Source: Candidatus Puniceispirillales bacterium (GTDB taxonomy: Bacteria; Pseudomonadota; Alphaproteobacteria; Puniceispirillales; UBA1172). From it: a DNA stretch of 64,000 bases. The notes below the pieces were generated by a model that was not told the DNA's origin, searched no databases, and saw only the letters and a program-made list of their open reading frames with translations. A program made the position numbers and the translations under genes. Of this stretch, positions 18,155 to 27,370 are shown piece by piece (position 1 is the first letter of the stretch; each line of letters begins with the position of its first letter). Location: assembly GCA_965661405.1 (NCBI GenBank), contig CBFIDH010000006.1:2201-66200 (forward strand). The letters run 5' to 3'.

Positions 18155-18694
18155 ATGACCTATTGCAACCGATTCCTTGCTGGCCTCTTTGGCATTGTTA
18201 ACCTGTTTGCCATCATTCCTATTAGCATGATCAGTTATGTGATGGGGGTAAGGTTTTGTTTTGATGGGCTTGGCATTGATCTGTCGGTGTCGCTGATCTT
18301 AGGGTTTATTTTTATGATCGTGGCGGTGGGATTAGTCAATGGATTGGCGGCTCTGTTTCTGTCCATCCTTGATCGGTTGAACGAGATGCGCCATAACCGC
18401 GAGGCTATCCTAGAGGCCTTGCACCAAATCCGGGATATCACGCATAATCAAAATATACATCAAGATGCTAATCGGGACGCTAATCGGCCATATTCAAATA
18501 TGAGCAAAAATGAAGCCTCCATCGCGGTCACCGCAGAACCAAAACCTGTGGCGAGAGCAAAACCCGTTGCCTCGAAAAAAGCGAAACCCAAAATCAGCAC
18601 TAAGACAGCCGCGCGCCAAACCCCTAATAAGAGAAAAACGGCTAAAGCGGCAACATTAGGCAAAGCCAAAGCGAGACCAAAGGCAAAAGCCTAA
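18155..18694 (+). CDS. hypothetical membrane protein with Lys/Ala/Pro-rich basic tail
   Basis: Two or three N-terminal TM helices, then AKPVARAKPVASKKAKPK...KAKARPKAKA. Confidence 0.5.
   Translation: MTYCNRFLAGLFGIVNLFAIIPISMISYVMGVRFCFDGLGIDLSVSLILGFIFMIVAVGLVNGLAALFLSILDRLNEMRHNREAILEALHQIRDITHNQNIHQDANRDANRPYSNMSKNEASIAVTAEPKPVARAKPVASKKAKPKISTKTAARQTPNKRKTAKAATLGKAKARPKAKA
18464..18487. repeat. tandem duplication, GAYGCTAATCGG x2, period 12
   Basis: Read directly. It encodes DANR-DANR, with one mismatch between copies. Confidence 0.85.
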
Positions 18695-18722
18695 TCTCTC
18701 ACCCTACCTAATCTCTCACCCT
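18690..18722. repeat. tandem duplication, CCTAATCTCTCACCCT x2, period 17
   Basis: Read directly. Copy 1 contains the TAA stop (18692-18694) of the upstream gene. Confidence 0.9.
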
Positions 18723-18762
18723 GTTTTATCCGCTTCTTCTGATCTGATAACGATTTCCCAAA

Positions 18763-18783
18763 TCGTCACCAAGTCGTCACCAA
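18763..18783. repeat. tandem duplication, TCGTCACCAA x2, period 11
   Basis: Read directly. Intergenic. Confidence 0.85.
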
Positions 18784-19006
18784 ATCATCAAATGGGCAGC
18801 AAGTCATATCTCTGCCCCTGACCTCCCCCTGATCTGAAAGGCGCTACCATAAATTGCGATTCGCCAAGCTAAGATATTGATTTCAAAAGAGAACATATCA
18901 TGAACAAATAAGAATATTGTTATTTTTCAATGACTAAGCAAATGATCTTAATTTTTAATGCTAACTATATGAAATAATTATGTTTTTTTAGATATTCTTG
19001 GCATTT

Positions 19007-19052
19007 CCCATTGACAGCCCATGAATTCCCATGATATCCCATATTATCCCAA
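19007..19052. promoter_or_regulatory. phased CCCAT (ATGGG) repeat array, candidate MraZ operator overlapping a TTGACA -35
   Basis: CCCAT at 19007, 19018, 19028 and 19038, and CCCAA at 19048 (spacing 11, 10, 10, 10). TTGACA at 19011-19016. The array lies about 75-115 nt upstream of mraZ. Confidence 0.55.
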
Positions 19053-19123
19053 AAAGTCTTTTTTGCTTTGTGGGGGCTGTTGCCGAGGTTGGTAACAGAG
19101 GTAAATAAAGAAAGGGTGACGCC

Positions 19124-19594
19124 GTGGAATTGTTCACGTCGACATACGAAAACAAGATTGACCGAAAGGGGCGGGTTTCGGTTCCTGCTAAGTTTCGGGC
19201 CATTCTTGAACACCGCAACGAACCGCTTATTCTGACGCGGTCGTTGACTCATGCTTGCCTTGAGGGAATGTCTTCAGAGCGCATGAATCAAATCGCTGAT
19301 GCGATTGATGGCATGGATGCCTTTTCCAATGATGCCGAAATGTTACAGATGATTATTGCCAGCGCACAAGAAATGCGCCCCGATAGCGAGGGCCGCATTG
19401 TCCTGCCTGAGGAGTTTCTTACCCACGCCAAGATTGATGAGATGGTTTTGTTTGCCGGGATTGGGCGTTCCTTTCAGCTTTGGGACCCCACCAGTTTTAG
19501 AGCTCGTGAAACAAACAGCCGTGCCGCCGCGAGAGATGGCCAGATGCCAAAACTAATCCTCAAACCGCGCGGCCCATCAGGAGCAGGGCAATGA
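19124..19594 (+). CDS. mraZ: transcriptional regulator MraZ
   Basis: NKIDRKGRVSVPAKFR and DSEGRIVLPEEF are the two SpoVT/AbrB-like MraZ repeats. The stop overlaps the next ATG (ATGA). Confidence 0.9.
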   Translation: MELFTSTYENKIDRKGRVSVPAKFRAILEHRNEPLILTRSLTHACLEGMSSERMNQIADAIDGMDAFSNDAEMLQMIIASAQEMRPDSEGRIVLPEEFLTHAKIDEMVLFAGIGRSFQLWDPTSFRARETNSRAAARDGQMPKLILKPRGPSGAGQ

Positions 19595-21720
19595 TCACGC
19601 ATCCGGAACATCACCCCGTTCTGGTTATTGAAGTCGTAGAAGCCTTGTCACCAAAATCAGGCGCGGTGTATCTGGACGCCACTTTTGGCCGAGGCGGTTA
19701 TAGTCGCGCCATTCTTGACGCCGCCCCTTGTCAGGTTGTTGCCATTGACCGTGATCCCGATGCCATCGCCGCCGGACAAGACATGATATCCGAATATCAA
19801 GGGCGATTGACGCTGATGGAAGGCCGGTTTTCTGATCTGAAAGATATCCTCCACCACCTCACACTTCCCGCGGTAGACGGCATTGTCTTTGATTTTGGGG
19901 TTTCCTCCCCCCAACTAGACCAAGCCGACCGCGGGTTTTCTTTTCGTCAGGATGGGCCACTGGATATGCGGATGGAGAAATCTGGCATCAGCGCAAAAGA
20001 CTTCATCAACTCCGCGACAGAAAAAGATATCGCCGATGTGTTATGGCGGTTTGGTGAGGAACGCGCTTCCCGGCGGATTGCTCGTGCCATTATCAAAGCG
20101 CGCGACGAAAGCCCAATTAGCACGACTTTTGAATTGGCCCACATTATTCGCGGGATTTTGCCGCGTCCTAAGCCCGGACAGATTGACCCTGCCACCCGCA
20201 GATTTCAAGCCATCCGAATTCATATCAATGATGAACTGGCAGAAATTGACGATGAAAGAATAACAGCTCTCATGGCTGATTCTGCTATGTCGCGCTGGTC
20301 ACCATGGGTGCGTCTTGTGCGTGCCTTCCGCAAGCATCAGCTTTCGCTTGAAATGGAAACCATGCTGATTGACCGTCAACCATCAGGCCGCGGCGCATGG
20401 ATCAGACTTTTTGATGAAATGTCTTCAAGCCTAAGTTTTCCTATTGATGATCGTCATGTGACGGAAGCAGAAATCCTTGATATGATGAGTGATCCTGATC
20501 CTCAGATGAGACGCAAAGCAGGGATGTCGCGCTCACAGGTGCTAACAGATAACAGCCGCACCATGGGGCTTATTCTCAACACCATTGCTAAAGACAAACA
20601 AGTGGATGACAAATGGCGCAAATTTTCGCGTCCCGTGTCATCACGCAATCTGGCTAATGATGTCGAAGATGAAGTCGTGGATCAACTGGCGGATAGCGTG
20701 ACCAATGCTATGCCAAAACTCAGCCACCGTTACTATGCGCTTAAGGCGCGGTGGATGGGGGTAGATCAGCTCAACTGGTGGGATCGCAATGCCCCTGTTC
20801 CCGGTGAGGATGACCGCATTTTTTCGTGGGACGAAGCCCGGCACATGATCCATGATGCGTTCGGGGCGTTTGATCCCGGATTCGCAACTATGGCGGATTG
20901 GTTTTTTGACCGTAATTGGATTGATGCCCCCACACGTCCGGGTAAGGCTTCTGGTGCCTTCTCGCATCCGACAGTGCCTTCAGCGCATCCCTATATCCTG
21001 ATGAATTATCATGGCAAGGTGCGGGATGTCATGACACTGGCACATGAACTCGGTCACGGTATTCATCAGATTTTGGCGGCGGATCAAGGTCATTTAATGT
21101 GTTCAACACCATTGACACTGGCGGAAACAGCATCGGTATTTGGTGAAATGCTGGTGTTTAATCGCCTGATGACGCAAACCGAAAACCCTGAACATCGCCG
21201 CGCGTTGTTGGCAGGTAAAATTGAAGATATGTTGAACACGGTGGTGCGGCAGATCGGGTTTCATAATTTTGAAACGCAAATCCACACGGCCCGACAACAT
21301 TCTGAGCTTACGGTTCATGAGATTAGCGATATTTGGATGGAAACCCAAAGGGCGGCGCTTGGCCCGGCGATAAAGCTGGATGAGAGTTATCGACCGTTAT
21401 GGGGTTTTATTCCGCATTTTATTCATGTCCCATTTTATGTTTATGCCTATGCATTTGGTGATGGGTTGGTTGGTGCGCTTTGGCAAAAATATCAGCTTGC
21501 CAAAACCGAGACAGAACAGGGCGCGTTTGTTTTGGCCTATCAACAATTATTGCGCGCAGGTGGCACGCGTCGTCATGATGAGGCATTAGCACCATTTGGC
21601 CTTGATGCAAAACAACCTGAATTCTGGTCGCTTGGTCTGGATATGATATCGGGAATGATTGATCAATTAGAAGCCGAACTGCAGGACAGTGGTTCTTTTC
21701 AAGCGTCTGACAAGGGATAG
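19591..21720 (+). CDS. chimeric ORF: RsmH (16S rRNA m4C1402 methyltransferase) residues ~1-220 fused in frame to an M3 oligoendopeptidase F lacking its N-terminus
   Basis: RsmH motifs are DATFGRGGYS, GVSSPQLD, FSFRQDGPLDMRM and ATRRFQAIRIHINDELAEI. From about nt 20250 the same frame reads as PepF (RWSPWVRLVRAFRKHQLS; HELGH at 21043-21057). The RsmH C-terminal SFHSLEDR block is absent. Confidence 0.8.
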   Translation: MITHPEHHPVLVIEVVEALSPKSGAVYLDATFGRGGYSRAILDAAPCQVVAIDRDPDAIAAGQDMISEYQGRLTLMEGRFSDLKDILHHLTLPAVDGIVFDFGVSSPQLDQADRGFSFRQDGPLDMRMEKSGISAKDFINSATEKDIADVLWRFGEERASRRIARAIIKARDESPISTTFELAHIIRGILPRPKPGQIDPATRRFQAIRIHINDELAEIDDERITALMADSAMSRWSPWVRLVRAFRKHQLSLEMETMLIDRQPSGRGAWIRLFDEMSSSLSFPIDDRHVTEAEILDMMSDPDPQMRRKAGMSRSQVLTDNSRTMGLILNTIAKDKQVDDKWRKFSRPVSSRNLANDVEDEVVDQLADSVTNAMPKLSHRYYALKARWMGVDQLNWWDRNAPVPGEDDRIFSWDEARHMIHDAFGAFDPGFATMADWFFDRNWIDAPTRPGKASGAFSHPTVPSAHPYILMNYHGKVRDVMTLAHELGHGIHQILAADQGHLMCSTPLTLAETASVFGEMLVFNRLMTQTENPEHRRALLAGKIEDMLNTVVRQIGFHNFETQIHTARQHSELTVHEISDIWMETQRAALGPAIKLDESYRPLWGFIPHFIHVPFYVYAYAFGDGLVGALWQKYQLAKTETEQGAFVLAYQQLLRAGGTRRHDEALAPFGLDAKQPEFWSLGLDMISGMIDQLEAELQDSGSFQASDKG

Positions 21721-21725
21721 CCAAT

Positions 21726-23102
21726 ATGGCAGATGAATCATCAGGGCTTGGCGGGCGTTTTCGGCGATATGCACGGGTCACAGGAACGATGGGAAATCTG
21801 GCGCTCAAGATGGCAGGAGAACGCTATCTAGGCATAAAGATTGACCGTGAGGAACACGCCGCGAAACTTCGTGATGCGTTGGGCGGCCTAAAAGGGCCGC
21901 TTATGAAAGTTGCGCAAATTCTTGCCACTATCCCCGAAGCTTTACCTCGTGAATATGCCGAACAACTGGCCAATCTTCAAACCGATGCCCCATCTATGGG
22001 CTGGCTTTTCGTGAAGCGCCGTATGGCGGCCGAACTTGGCCCGGAATGGCAATCGCGTTTTGCTGATTTTGAAAAAACAGCTTCCGCCGCCGCCTCGCTT
22101 GGTCAGGTGCATCGCGCCACAAGCCATGACGGTGTTAAGCTGGCCTGTAAGCTGCAATATCCGGATATGGCCTCGGCGGTGCAGGCTGATCTGCGTCAGC
22201 TTAAGCTGATTTTCTCGCTTTATGAACGCTATGATAAAGCCATATCGACCTCTGATATTCATTCCGAGCTTGCTGAGCGCCTTGAAGAAGAACTCAATTA
22301 TAAGCGTGAGGCTGCCAATATGCGGCTATACCGTGATATGTTGGAAGGTGTGGACGGTGCCCATGTGCCGGATACTATTGATGATCTTTCCAGTGAGCGA
22401 CTGTTGACGATGACATGGGCGGATGGCATCAAACTAAAAACCTTTATTGAAGACAACGAAGATCAGGACAGCCGCAACCGTGTGGCGGAAAATATGTTTC
22501 GCACATGGTATATCCCATTTTATTATTATGGGGTGATACATGGTGATCCGCATCCGGGAAATTATACGATCACTTCTGATGGCGGTGTAAATCTGCTTGA
22601 TTATGGCTGTATTCGGCTGTTCAGACCTGATTTTGTTCGGGGAGTGATTGAACTTTATAAGGCCCTGAGGGATGAGAACGAAGAACAGGCTGTGGCGGCG
22701 TATGAATATTGGGGCTTCAAAGGACTTGATCGTGAAACCGTTAATGTCTTGAACATATGGGCACGTTTCATTTACACTCCATGACTCGAAGATCGGGCAC
22801 GACCAATTCAAGAAATGCGTGGCGGCGCTCATGGGCGCGAATTGGCTATGCAGGTACACGCTGAACTCAAGCGGATTGGCGGCGTAAAGCCGCCGCGTGA
22901 GTTTGTTCTTATGGATCGCGCCGCGCTTGGTCTTGGTTCTGTGTTCATGCATTTGAAGGCAGAGGTAAATTGGCATCGCCTGTTTGAAGGGATGATTGAT
23001 GATTTTGATGTTGATGTGTTGCGCCAACGTCAGATCAAGGCCGCCGAAAAGGCTGGCTTGCCAAGTTACCTTTGGCAATATGATGAAGACCAGCAACATT
23101 AA
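21726..23102 (+). pseudogene. ABC1/UbiB-family atypical kinase interrupted by one in-frame TGA
   Basis: ORFs 21726-22784 and 22815-23102 are in the same frame. The TGA at 22782-22784 sits between IWARFIYTP and LEDRARPIQE. The N-terminal part has KVAQILATIP and the kinase core; the C-terminal part has PREFVLMDRAALGLGSVF. Confidence 0.75.
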
Positions 23103-23131
23103 GCTGAAGCAAGAATGATGAGGGATAAAGA

Positions 23132-24304
23132 ATGATTATTGGCGTTCCAAAAGAAACACAAAAGGATGAAAGCCGAGTTGCCGCCGTTCCGGAAACGGTC
23201 AAAAAGCTGATCGCTTTGGGATTTGAGGTGGTAGTGGAAAAAGGGGCTGGCGATGGCGCGCTGATCCCGGATAGTGCGTTTGAAAGCGCAGGCGCATCCA
23301 TGGTCACAAATGCAAAGGCACTTGGCTCAGAGCTGGTGTTCAAAGTTCGGCCACCATCGGGTGATGAGATTGGCAAATTGACCAAAGGTGCAACGGTGAT
23401 CAGCCTGATGGAACCGTATAGTAATAATGACGTCGCCAAGAAACTTGACGCGGCAGGCGTTCATGGCTTTGGTCTTGAATTGGTGCCGCGCATCACACGG
23501 GCGCAGTCAATGGATGTGCTATCAAGTCAGGCGAACTTGGCAGGATATCGCGCTGTGCTTGAAGCGAGTGCCGTGTTCACGCGCGCCTTTCCGATGATGA
23601 TGACCGCCGCCGGAACCGTGCCACCTGCGAAAGTGCTGGTGATGGGTGCTGGGGTGGCGGGATTGCAGGCGATTGCCACCGCTAAACGTCTTGGCGCGGT
23701 TGTTTCTGCTACGGATGTTCGTCCCGCTGTTAAGGAACAGGTCGAATCGCTAGGCGGTAAGTTTGTTGCCGTTGAGGATGAGGAGTTCAAAGCTGCTGAA
23801 ACTTCTGGTGGTTATGCCAAGGAAATGAGTGATGCCTACAAAGCTAAGCAGGCCCAGCTCATTGCCGATACTATTAAAACTCAGGATATCATTATCACTA
23901 CTGCGCTGATCCCTGGTCGGGCGGCGCCTGTGCTTGTCACCGAAGACATGGTCAAGACCATGAAGCCGGGGTCGGTCATTGTTGATCTGGCGGTGGAACA
24001 GGGCGGCAACTGCCCGATTAGTGAGGCAGGCGAAGTGGTGGTCAAACATGGGGTGACATTGGTTGGATATACCAATATGGCAGGAAGACTGGCTGAAGTG
24101 GCTTCGATGCTTTATGCCAAGAACCTGCTCAATTTCCTGACTAATCTATGGGATGCTGAGGGCAAGACCCTAAAAATGGACAGCGATGATGAGATTATCA
24201 CCAGCAGTCTGATTACCAAAAACACATCCGCGGCTAAAAAGCCAGCCGCAAAGAAAGAAGACATGGATAAGAAAGAAGAAGAGGAAACAACTAATGGCGA
24301 GTGA
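23132..24304 (+). CDS. pntAA: NAD(P) transhydrogenase subunit alpha part 1
   Basis: MIIGVPKETQKDESRVAA, GAGVAGLQA Rossmann motif, and a K/E-rich C-terminal tail. Confidence 0.9.
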   Translation: MIIGVPKETQKDESRVAAVPETVKKLIALGFEVVVEKGAGDGALIPDSAFESAGASMVTNAKALGSELVFKVRPPSGDEIGKLTKGATVISLMEPYSNNDVAKKLDAAGVHGFGLELVPRITRAQSMDVLSSQANLAGYRAVLEASAVFTRAFPMMMTAAGTVPPAKVLVMGAGVAGLQAIATAKRLGAVVSATDVRPAVKEQVESLGGKFVAVEDEEFKAAETSGGYAKEMSDAYKAKQAQLIADTIKTQDIIITTALIPGRAAPVLVTEDMVKTMKPGSVIVDLAVEQGGNCPISEAGEVVVKHGVTLVGYTNMAGRLAEVASMLYAKNLLNFLTNLWDAEGKTLKMDSDDEIITSSLITKNTSAAKKPAAKKEDMDKKEEEETTNGE

Positions 24305-24713
24305 TGATCTGCTTTTGCAAGCAAAAACCCTGTCCGGACAGGCCGAGGCACTTCTGACAGAAAGCCAAGCCTTGGAGCAATCCATCGTGGCTTTGAGCAG
24401 TGAGACGGTGGCAAATGGTCATGCCGGGGTGGAGCCACTTTACTTTGGTATTACGGTGCTGATTCTGGCGTGTTTTGTTGGCTATTATGTGGTTTGGCGC
24501 GTGACGCCAGCTTTGCACTCGCCGTTGATGGGTGTGACCAATGCCATCTCATCGGTGATTATTGTCGGGGCGCTGATCGCGGCAGGCCCGGCAGATTTTG
24601 GATTTGCCCAGATGATGGGTTTCCTTGGAATTGTCCTCGCCTCCATTAATATTTTTGGCGGTTTTATTGTTACCCAGCGGATGCTGGCCATGTTTAAGCG
24701 TAAAGGGAGATAG
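24294..24713 (+). CDS. pntAB: NAD(P) transhydrogenase subunit alpha part 2 (membrane)
   Basis: 139 aa with 3-4 TM helices. It overlaps the pntAA end by 11 nt and is followed by pntB. Confidence 0.85.
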   Translation: MASDDLLLQAKTLSGQAEALLTESQALEQSIVALSSETVANGHAGVEPLYFGITVLILACFVGYYVVWRVTPALHSPLMGVTNAISSVIIVGALIAAGPADFGFAQMMGFLGIVLASINIFGGFIVTQRMLAMFKRKGR

Positions 24714-24715
24714 AG

Positions 24716-26116
24716 ATGGGCGCTTCAATTTCGGCATATCTTTATCTGGTCGCGGCGGTCATGTTTATCATGGCCTTGCGCGGCTTATCATCACCAGATA
24801 CAGCCCGGATGGGTAATTTCTATGGTATGGGCGGGATGGCAATTGCCATTATCACCACAATCTCAATGCCTAATGTCGTCAGCTATGGGCTGATCCTAGC
24901 AGGTATTGTTATTGGTGGCGGTATCGGCAGTTTTATTGCGATGCGGATACAAATGACTGCCTTGCCGCAACTGGTGGCGGCGTTTCACTCGCTGGTAGGT
25001 TTAGCGGCCTGTGCCGTGGCGGCGGCCGCGTTTTATAATCCGACCCCTTATGGCATTGGTGTACCCGGTAATATTGCCTTTGGCAGTCTGATTGAAATGT
25101 CTATTGGTTTGGCTATTGGTGCTATTACCTTTACAGGCTCGATCATCGCCTTTGGTAAATTGCAAGGGTTGATCAGTGGCAAGCCAGTCACCTTTCCGGG
25201 GCAACATATTCTCAATGCTGGGCTTGGTATTTTGCTGATTTTACTGGTGAGCTGGTTGGCGGCAAGCAACAGTATGATTGCCTTTTGGCTGCTCTTTATC
25301 GTGGCGCTGGTTGCTGGTGTGTTGATCATTATTCCGATTGGCGGTGCGGATATGCCTGTGGTGATATCCATGCTGAACTCCTATTCCGGATGTGCGGCGG
25401 CAGGCATTGGCTTTACCCTAGGCAATCCGCTTTTGATTATCACTGGCTCATTAGTTGGGGCAAGCGGCGCTATCCTTTCCTATATTATGTGTAAAGGCAT
25501 GAACCGTTCCTTTTTCAATGTGATTCTTGGTGGGTTTGGCGGTGAAACCACAGGCGGCCCCGGAGCAGATACTGGCGATAAGGTTGTCAAGCAAGGCAGT
25601 GCAGATGACGCCAGTTTTATTATGGGGAACGCCTCATCGGTCATTATTGTCCCCGGTTACGGGATGGCAGTGGCACAGGCTCAGCACGCTCTGCGTGAGA
25701 TGGGTGATATGCTTAAGGCCGAAGGGGTGCAGGTGCGTTATGCTATTCACCCGGTGGCAGGCCGGATGCCAGGGCATATGAATGTTCTGCTGGCGGAAGC
25801 GAATGTGCCGTATGATGACGTACAGGAGCTGGACGAGATTAACCGTGATTTCGCCCAAACAGATGTGGCGTTTGTTATTGGTGCTAATGATGTGACGAAT
25901 CCGCTGGCAAAAACCGATCCAACCTCACCGATTTATGGTATGCCCATCCTTGATGTGGAAAAGGCCAAAACCGTGCTGTTTGTTAAACGGTCAATGGCAT
26001 CGGGCTACGCTGGTGTTGATAATCCTCTCTTTTTCAATGACAACACCATGATGCTGTTTGGTGATGCCAAGAAGGTCTGTGAGGAAGTGATCCAAGCCAT
26101 GTCAGGTGGTCACTAA
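24716..26116 (+). CDS. pntB: NAD(P) transhydrogenase subunit beta
   Basis: Multi-TM N-terminal domain, and a C-terminal dIII domain (GYGMAVAQAQH, PVAGRMPGHMNVLLAEA). Confidence 0.95.
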   Translation: MGASISAYLYLVAAVMFIMALRGLSSPDTARMGNFYGMGGMAIAIITTISMPNVVSYGLILAGIVIGGGIGSFIAMRIQMTALPQLVAAFHSLVGLAACAVAAAAFYNPTPYGIGVPGNIAFGSLIEMSIGLAIGAITFTGSIIAFGKLQGLISGKPVTFPGQHILNAGLGILLILLVSWLAASNSMIAFWLLFIVALVAGVLIIIPIGGADMPVVISMLNSYSGCAAAGIGFTLGNPLLIITGSLVGASGAILSYIMCKGMNRSFFNVILGGFGGETTGGPGADTGDKVVKQGSADDASFIMGNASSVIIVPGYGMAVAQAQHALREMGDMLKAEGVQVRYAIHPVAGRMPGHMNVLLAEANVPYDDVQELDEINRDFAQTDVAFVIGANDVTNPLAKTDPTSPIYGMPILDVEKAKTVLFVKRSMASGYAGVDNPLFFNDNTMMLFGDAKKVCEEVIQAMSGGH

Positions 26117-26190
26117 AAGAACAGGATCAGGCAATCTGGCAAAGGGTTGCCTGATCATACGTGCTTTTTGGTGAGTCTAAATCTAAACGG

Positions 26191-26232
26191 AATAAAAAAT
26201 AAAGCCACCTTCAAGCGAGGTGGCTTTTGTTA
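26191..26232. terminator. bidirectional rho-independent terminator between pntB and rpsU
   Basis: AAGCCACCT-TCAAGCG-AGGTGGCTT hairpin, flanked by an A run upstream and a T run downstream. Confidence 0.75.
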
Positions 26233-26279
26233 TGATATCGCCAATCATGACAAAGAATGGCGGTTATGATGGGGCTGGA

Positions 26280-26483
26280 CTAAAAGCCTTCACGCTCCAT
26301 CCGCTTCCGCATCAACTTACGCACCCGGCGGGTAGATTCGGCAGTTTCACGAGCCCGTCTTTCCGATGGCTTCTCGTAGCTCCGGCGGTTTTTCATTTCA
26401 CGGAACAGACCTTCACGCTGCATCTTCTTTTTGAGGACGCGCAGAGCCTGATCAACATTATTATCCCTGACAGTTACAAACAC
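26280..26483 (-). CDS. rpsU: 30S ribosomal protein S21
   Basis: [25 protein letters not shown] is a near-canonical S21 N-terminus. Confidence 0.95.
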   Translation of the reverse strand: MFVTVRDNNVDQALRVLKKKMQREGLFREMKNRRSYEKPSERRARETAESTRRVRKLMRKRMEREGF

Positions 26484-26675
26484 TTCGCCATGTTTCCTTT
26501 CAGTAGAGTTTCTTTACCTGTTCGAGCAATCCCGATACAAGGAAGTTGAGCGTATAACACACTTCCGTAATGGTGAAAAGCCCAAAGACGGATATCATGC
26601 TCTAAATGGTGATTTTGATCGTCAGGGGCTTTGCTTATGGCAAAATCTTGCCTATATAAGAGGAAAGGAAACGCC

Positions 26676-27329
26676 ATGACTATTGAAACCGATAAAAATG
26701 ATGTGATCCGTGCCATGCTTGTCCATGTGCCTTTTGATGGCTGGACAGAACAGGCTATGGCGGCGACGGCTGATGATCTGGGTATTGATCTGGCGGCGGT
26801 ATCTGCCCTTTTCCCTAAAGGCGCGGCGAGCGCTATTGATGCGTTTGTTGCCATGAGCGATGAAGACATGGTGCGTGCCTTTGCTGAGCTTGAGGAGCAG
26901 CCCCAAGGGGTAACAGCAACGATCAAATCATTAATCATGATCAGGCTAGACGGTGCCGCCCCTTATCGTGAGGCGGTTTCTATGGCGCTTAAGACATTGG
27001 GCCGTCCCCAACACGCGGCACTGGCGCTAAGTACCCTTTATCGCACGGTTGACCGGATGTGGCGTCTGGCAGGTGATCGTTCGGTTGATTTCAATTTCTA
27101 TTCCAAGCGCGCCCTGTTGGCAGGGGTTTATAGCGCTAGCCTTGCCTATTGGGTTGCAAATCCATCGGCAGACCGCGAAAAGCTAGAACGCTTTGTCTCC
27201 CAGCGTCTGCGCGAAGTCGCTTTCCTTCCCAAGGTAACGGCACCTGCTCGCAAAGCTGCCACCGTAGGGGTTCAGATGGTAGGGCGAATGATTGGGCGGC
27301 TGTCGCCGCCTTGGGTTCGCCCGTCCTGA
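26676..27329 (+). CDS. COQ9-family protein (the rpsU-divergently transcribed type)
   Basis: Divergent from rpsU, as is typical in alphaproteobacteria. AGGAAAGGA SD before ATG 26676, and the sequence pattern is COQ9-like. Confidence 0.65.
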   Translation: MTIETDKNDVIRAMLVHVPFDGWTEQAMAATADDLGIDLAAVSALFPKGAASAIDAFVAMSDEDMVRAFAELEEQPQGVTATIKSLIMIRLDGAAPYREAVSMALKTLGRPQHAALALSTLYRTVDRMWRLAGDRSVDFNFYSKRALLAGVYSASLAYWVANPSADREKLERFVSQRLREVAFLPKVTAPARKAATVGVQMVGRMIGRLSPPWVRPS

Positions 27330-27370
27330 TATCGTTCCCCCTTCGTTTGTAGCATCTAAGGAATTATACC

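Noticed and set aside
22782-22784. In-frame TGA in the ABC1 kinase gene as selenocysteine or Trp recoding
   Set aside because: The aligned position is expected to be a hydrophobic Leu-type residue, not Cys. I saw no obvious SECIS-like hairpin directly downstream. TGA also works as an ordinary stop for neighbouring genes (for example mraZ, tsaD, uup). A nonsense mutation or a sequencing error is more likely.
22434-23099. 221-aa minus-strand ORF
   Set aside because: It is antisense to the ABC1 kinase coding sequence, has an odd composition and matches no recognisable family. It is probably an artefact of the opposite strand's codon bias.
26474-26938. 154-aa minus-strand ORF
   Set aside because: It is antisense to the COQ9-family gene and overlaps the rpsU promoter region. 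Its Ala/Ser-rich sequence is typical of a shadow ORF.
27330-27370. Possible SAM-II or other methionine riboswitch upstream of metA
   Set aside because: Only about 41 nt separate the upstream stop from the metA start, which is too short for the known SAM riboswitch classes. I could find none of the conserved pseudoknot motif.
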